This document shows positions 63,299 through 64,000 of a stretch of 64,000 nucleotides of DNA, piece by piece. A program made the position numbers and the translations under genes. The stretch lies in the NCBI RefSeq assembly GCF_963506605.1, contig NC_083278.1:73718001-73782000 (forward strand), given 5' to 3'. The stretch's first letter is position 1, and each line of letters begins with the position of its first letter. The notes under the pieces were generated by a model that worked only from the letters and a program-made list of their open reading frames with translations, made no database searches and was not told where the DNA came from. The DNA is from Zootoca vivipara. Its lineage: Eukaryota.

Positions 63299-63820
63299 CA
63301 GACGGAATACATTTTCTACAAAAATGTAGAAGCAGTTTTTTACAAGTATGCAAAGGAAACAAGTTTTGTAGTCCACTGAGCATCTAGTTTATTATAGCGT
63401 TTTAGTTCTAGCACATTTCTAGAGAAATCACAGTTTTTGCAATTTCTGTTGGGGAAACCAGTGCAATTCGGATGACATTAGCAATGTTTGAATCCTACTG
63501 AAATCAGAATGCATGTTGCAATGGGGGCAGGACATAGGAGCACCAATGATATTTTTTAACAGGAGTTTATCTAGAAAACTGGTTAATGTTTCTCATTTTG
63601 TTAAAATGTAAGACTTCCCCTTTTTTTATTCCTCCCCTCCCCTTAATATGACCAAACAGAATTACTGTTGAAAATACTTTTCATTCTGTATTTTGCTATT
63701 GGTAAGTGCATTCTATTAATTCCGCAGCTGCCTGTTCTAAAGGCTTGGGTGCCTACTTGTATCTAGTTTCAAATTGTTTGTATTTATTTCTAATAATTTT
63801 CCTGAGCTTACGCAGCCAGC

Positions 63821-64000
63821 TTGTTGTCATTTAGTCGTGTCCGACTCTTCGTGACCCCATGGACCAGAGCACGCCAGGCACTCCTATCTGCAACTGCCTC
63901 CCGCAGCTTGGTCAAACTCATGTTCGTAGCTTTGAGAACACTGTCCAACTATCTCATCCTCTGTCGTCCCCTTCTCCTTGTGCCTTCCATCTTTCCCAAC
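63821..64000 (-). mobile_element. BovB (RTE) LINE 3' end, runs off the window
   Basis: ttagtcgtgtccgactcttcgtgaccccatggac...ctgtcgtccccttctcctt is the reverse complement of a BovB 3' end. Confidence 0.85.

Overview
Vertebrate genomic DNA, most likely from a squamate (lacertid-like lizard), judged from Sauria-type SINEs, BovB, CR1, L2, Penelope and hAT/Tc1 MITE content. There is one clear host protein-coding gene: intronless MAP10 (KIAA1383) at 57169..59742 (+), with a CpG-island promoter. A second CpG island at about 26950..28260 looks like a minus-strand promoter with a non-coding first exon. By amniote synteny (SIPA1L2 head-to-head with MAP10) it is probably SIPA1L2, which would make 1..27966 5' intronic sequence; this is an inference, as no SIPA1L2 coding exon is visible. 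The most notable object is a very young, internally deleted gammaretrovirus-like provirus at 4924..9177 (minus strand). It has ~1.1 kb LTRs that appear to differ only in two poly-C lengths, a 4-bp TSD, a perfect tRNA-Arg(ACG) PBS and a PPT. Its single open ORF encodes a myristoylatable matrix domain plus a PPPY late domain, fused to decayed integrase-like sequence. Other points of interest are Penelope-like fragments with degenerate hammerhead ribozyme cores, a non-autonomous Helitron, two solo LTRs, a MITE inserted in the centre of a 41-bp inverted repeat, and a candidate uORF-bearing 5'UTR exon. Most other ORFs in the track are spurious. All calls were made by eye without database searches.
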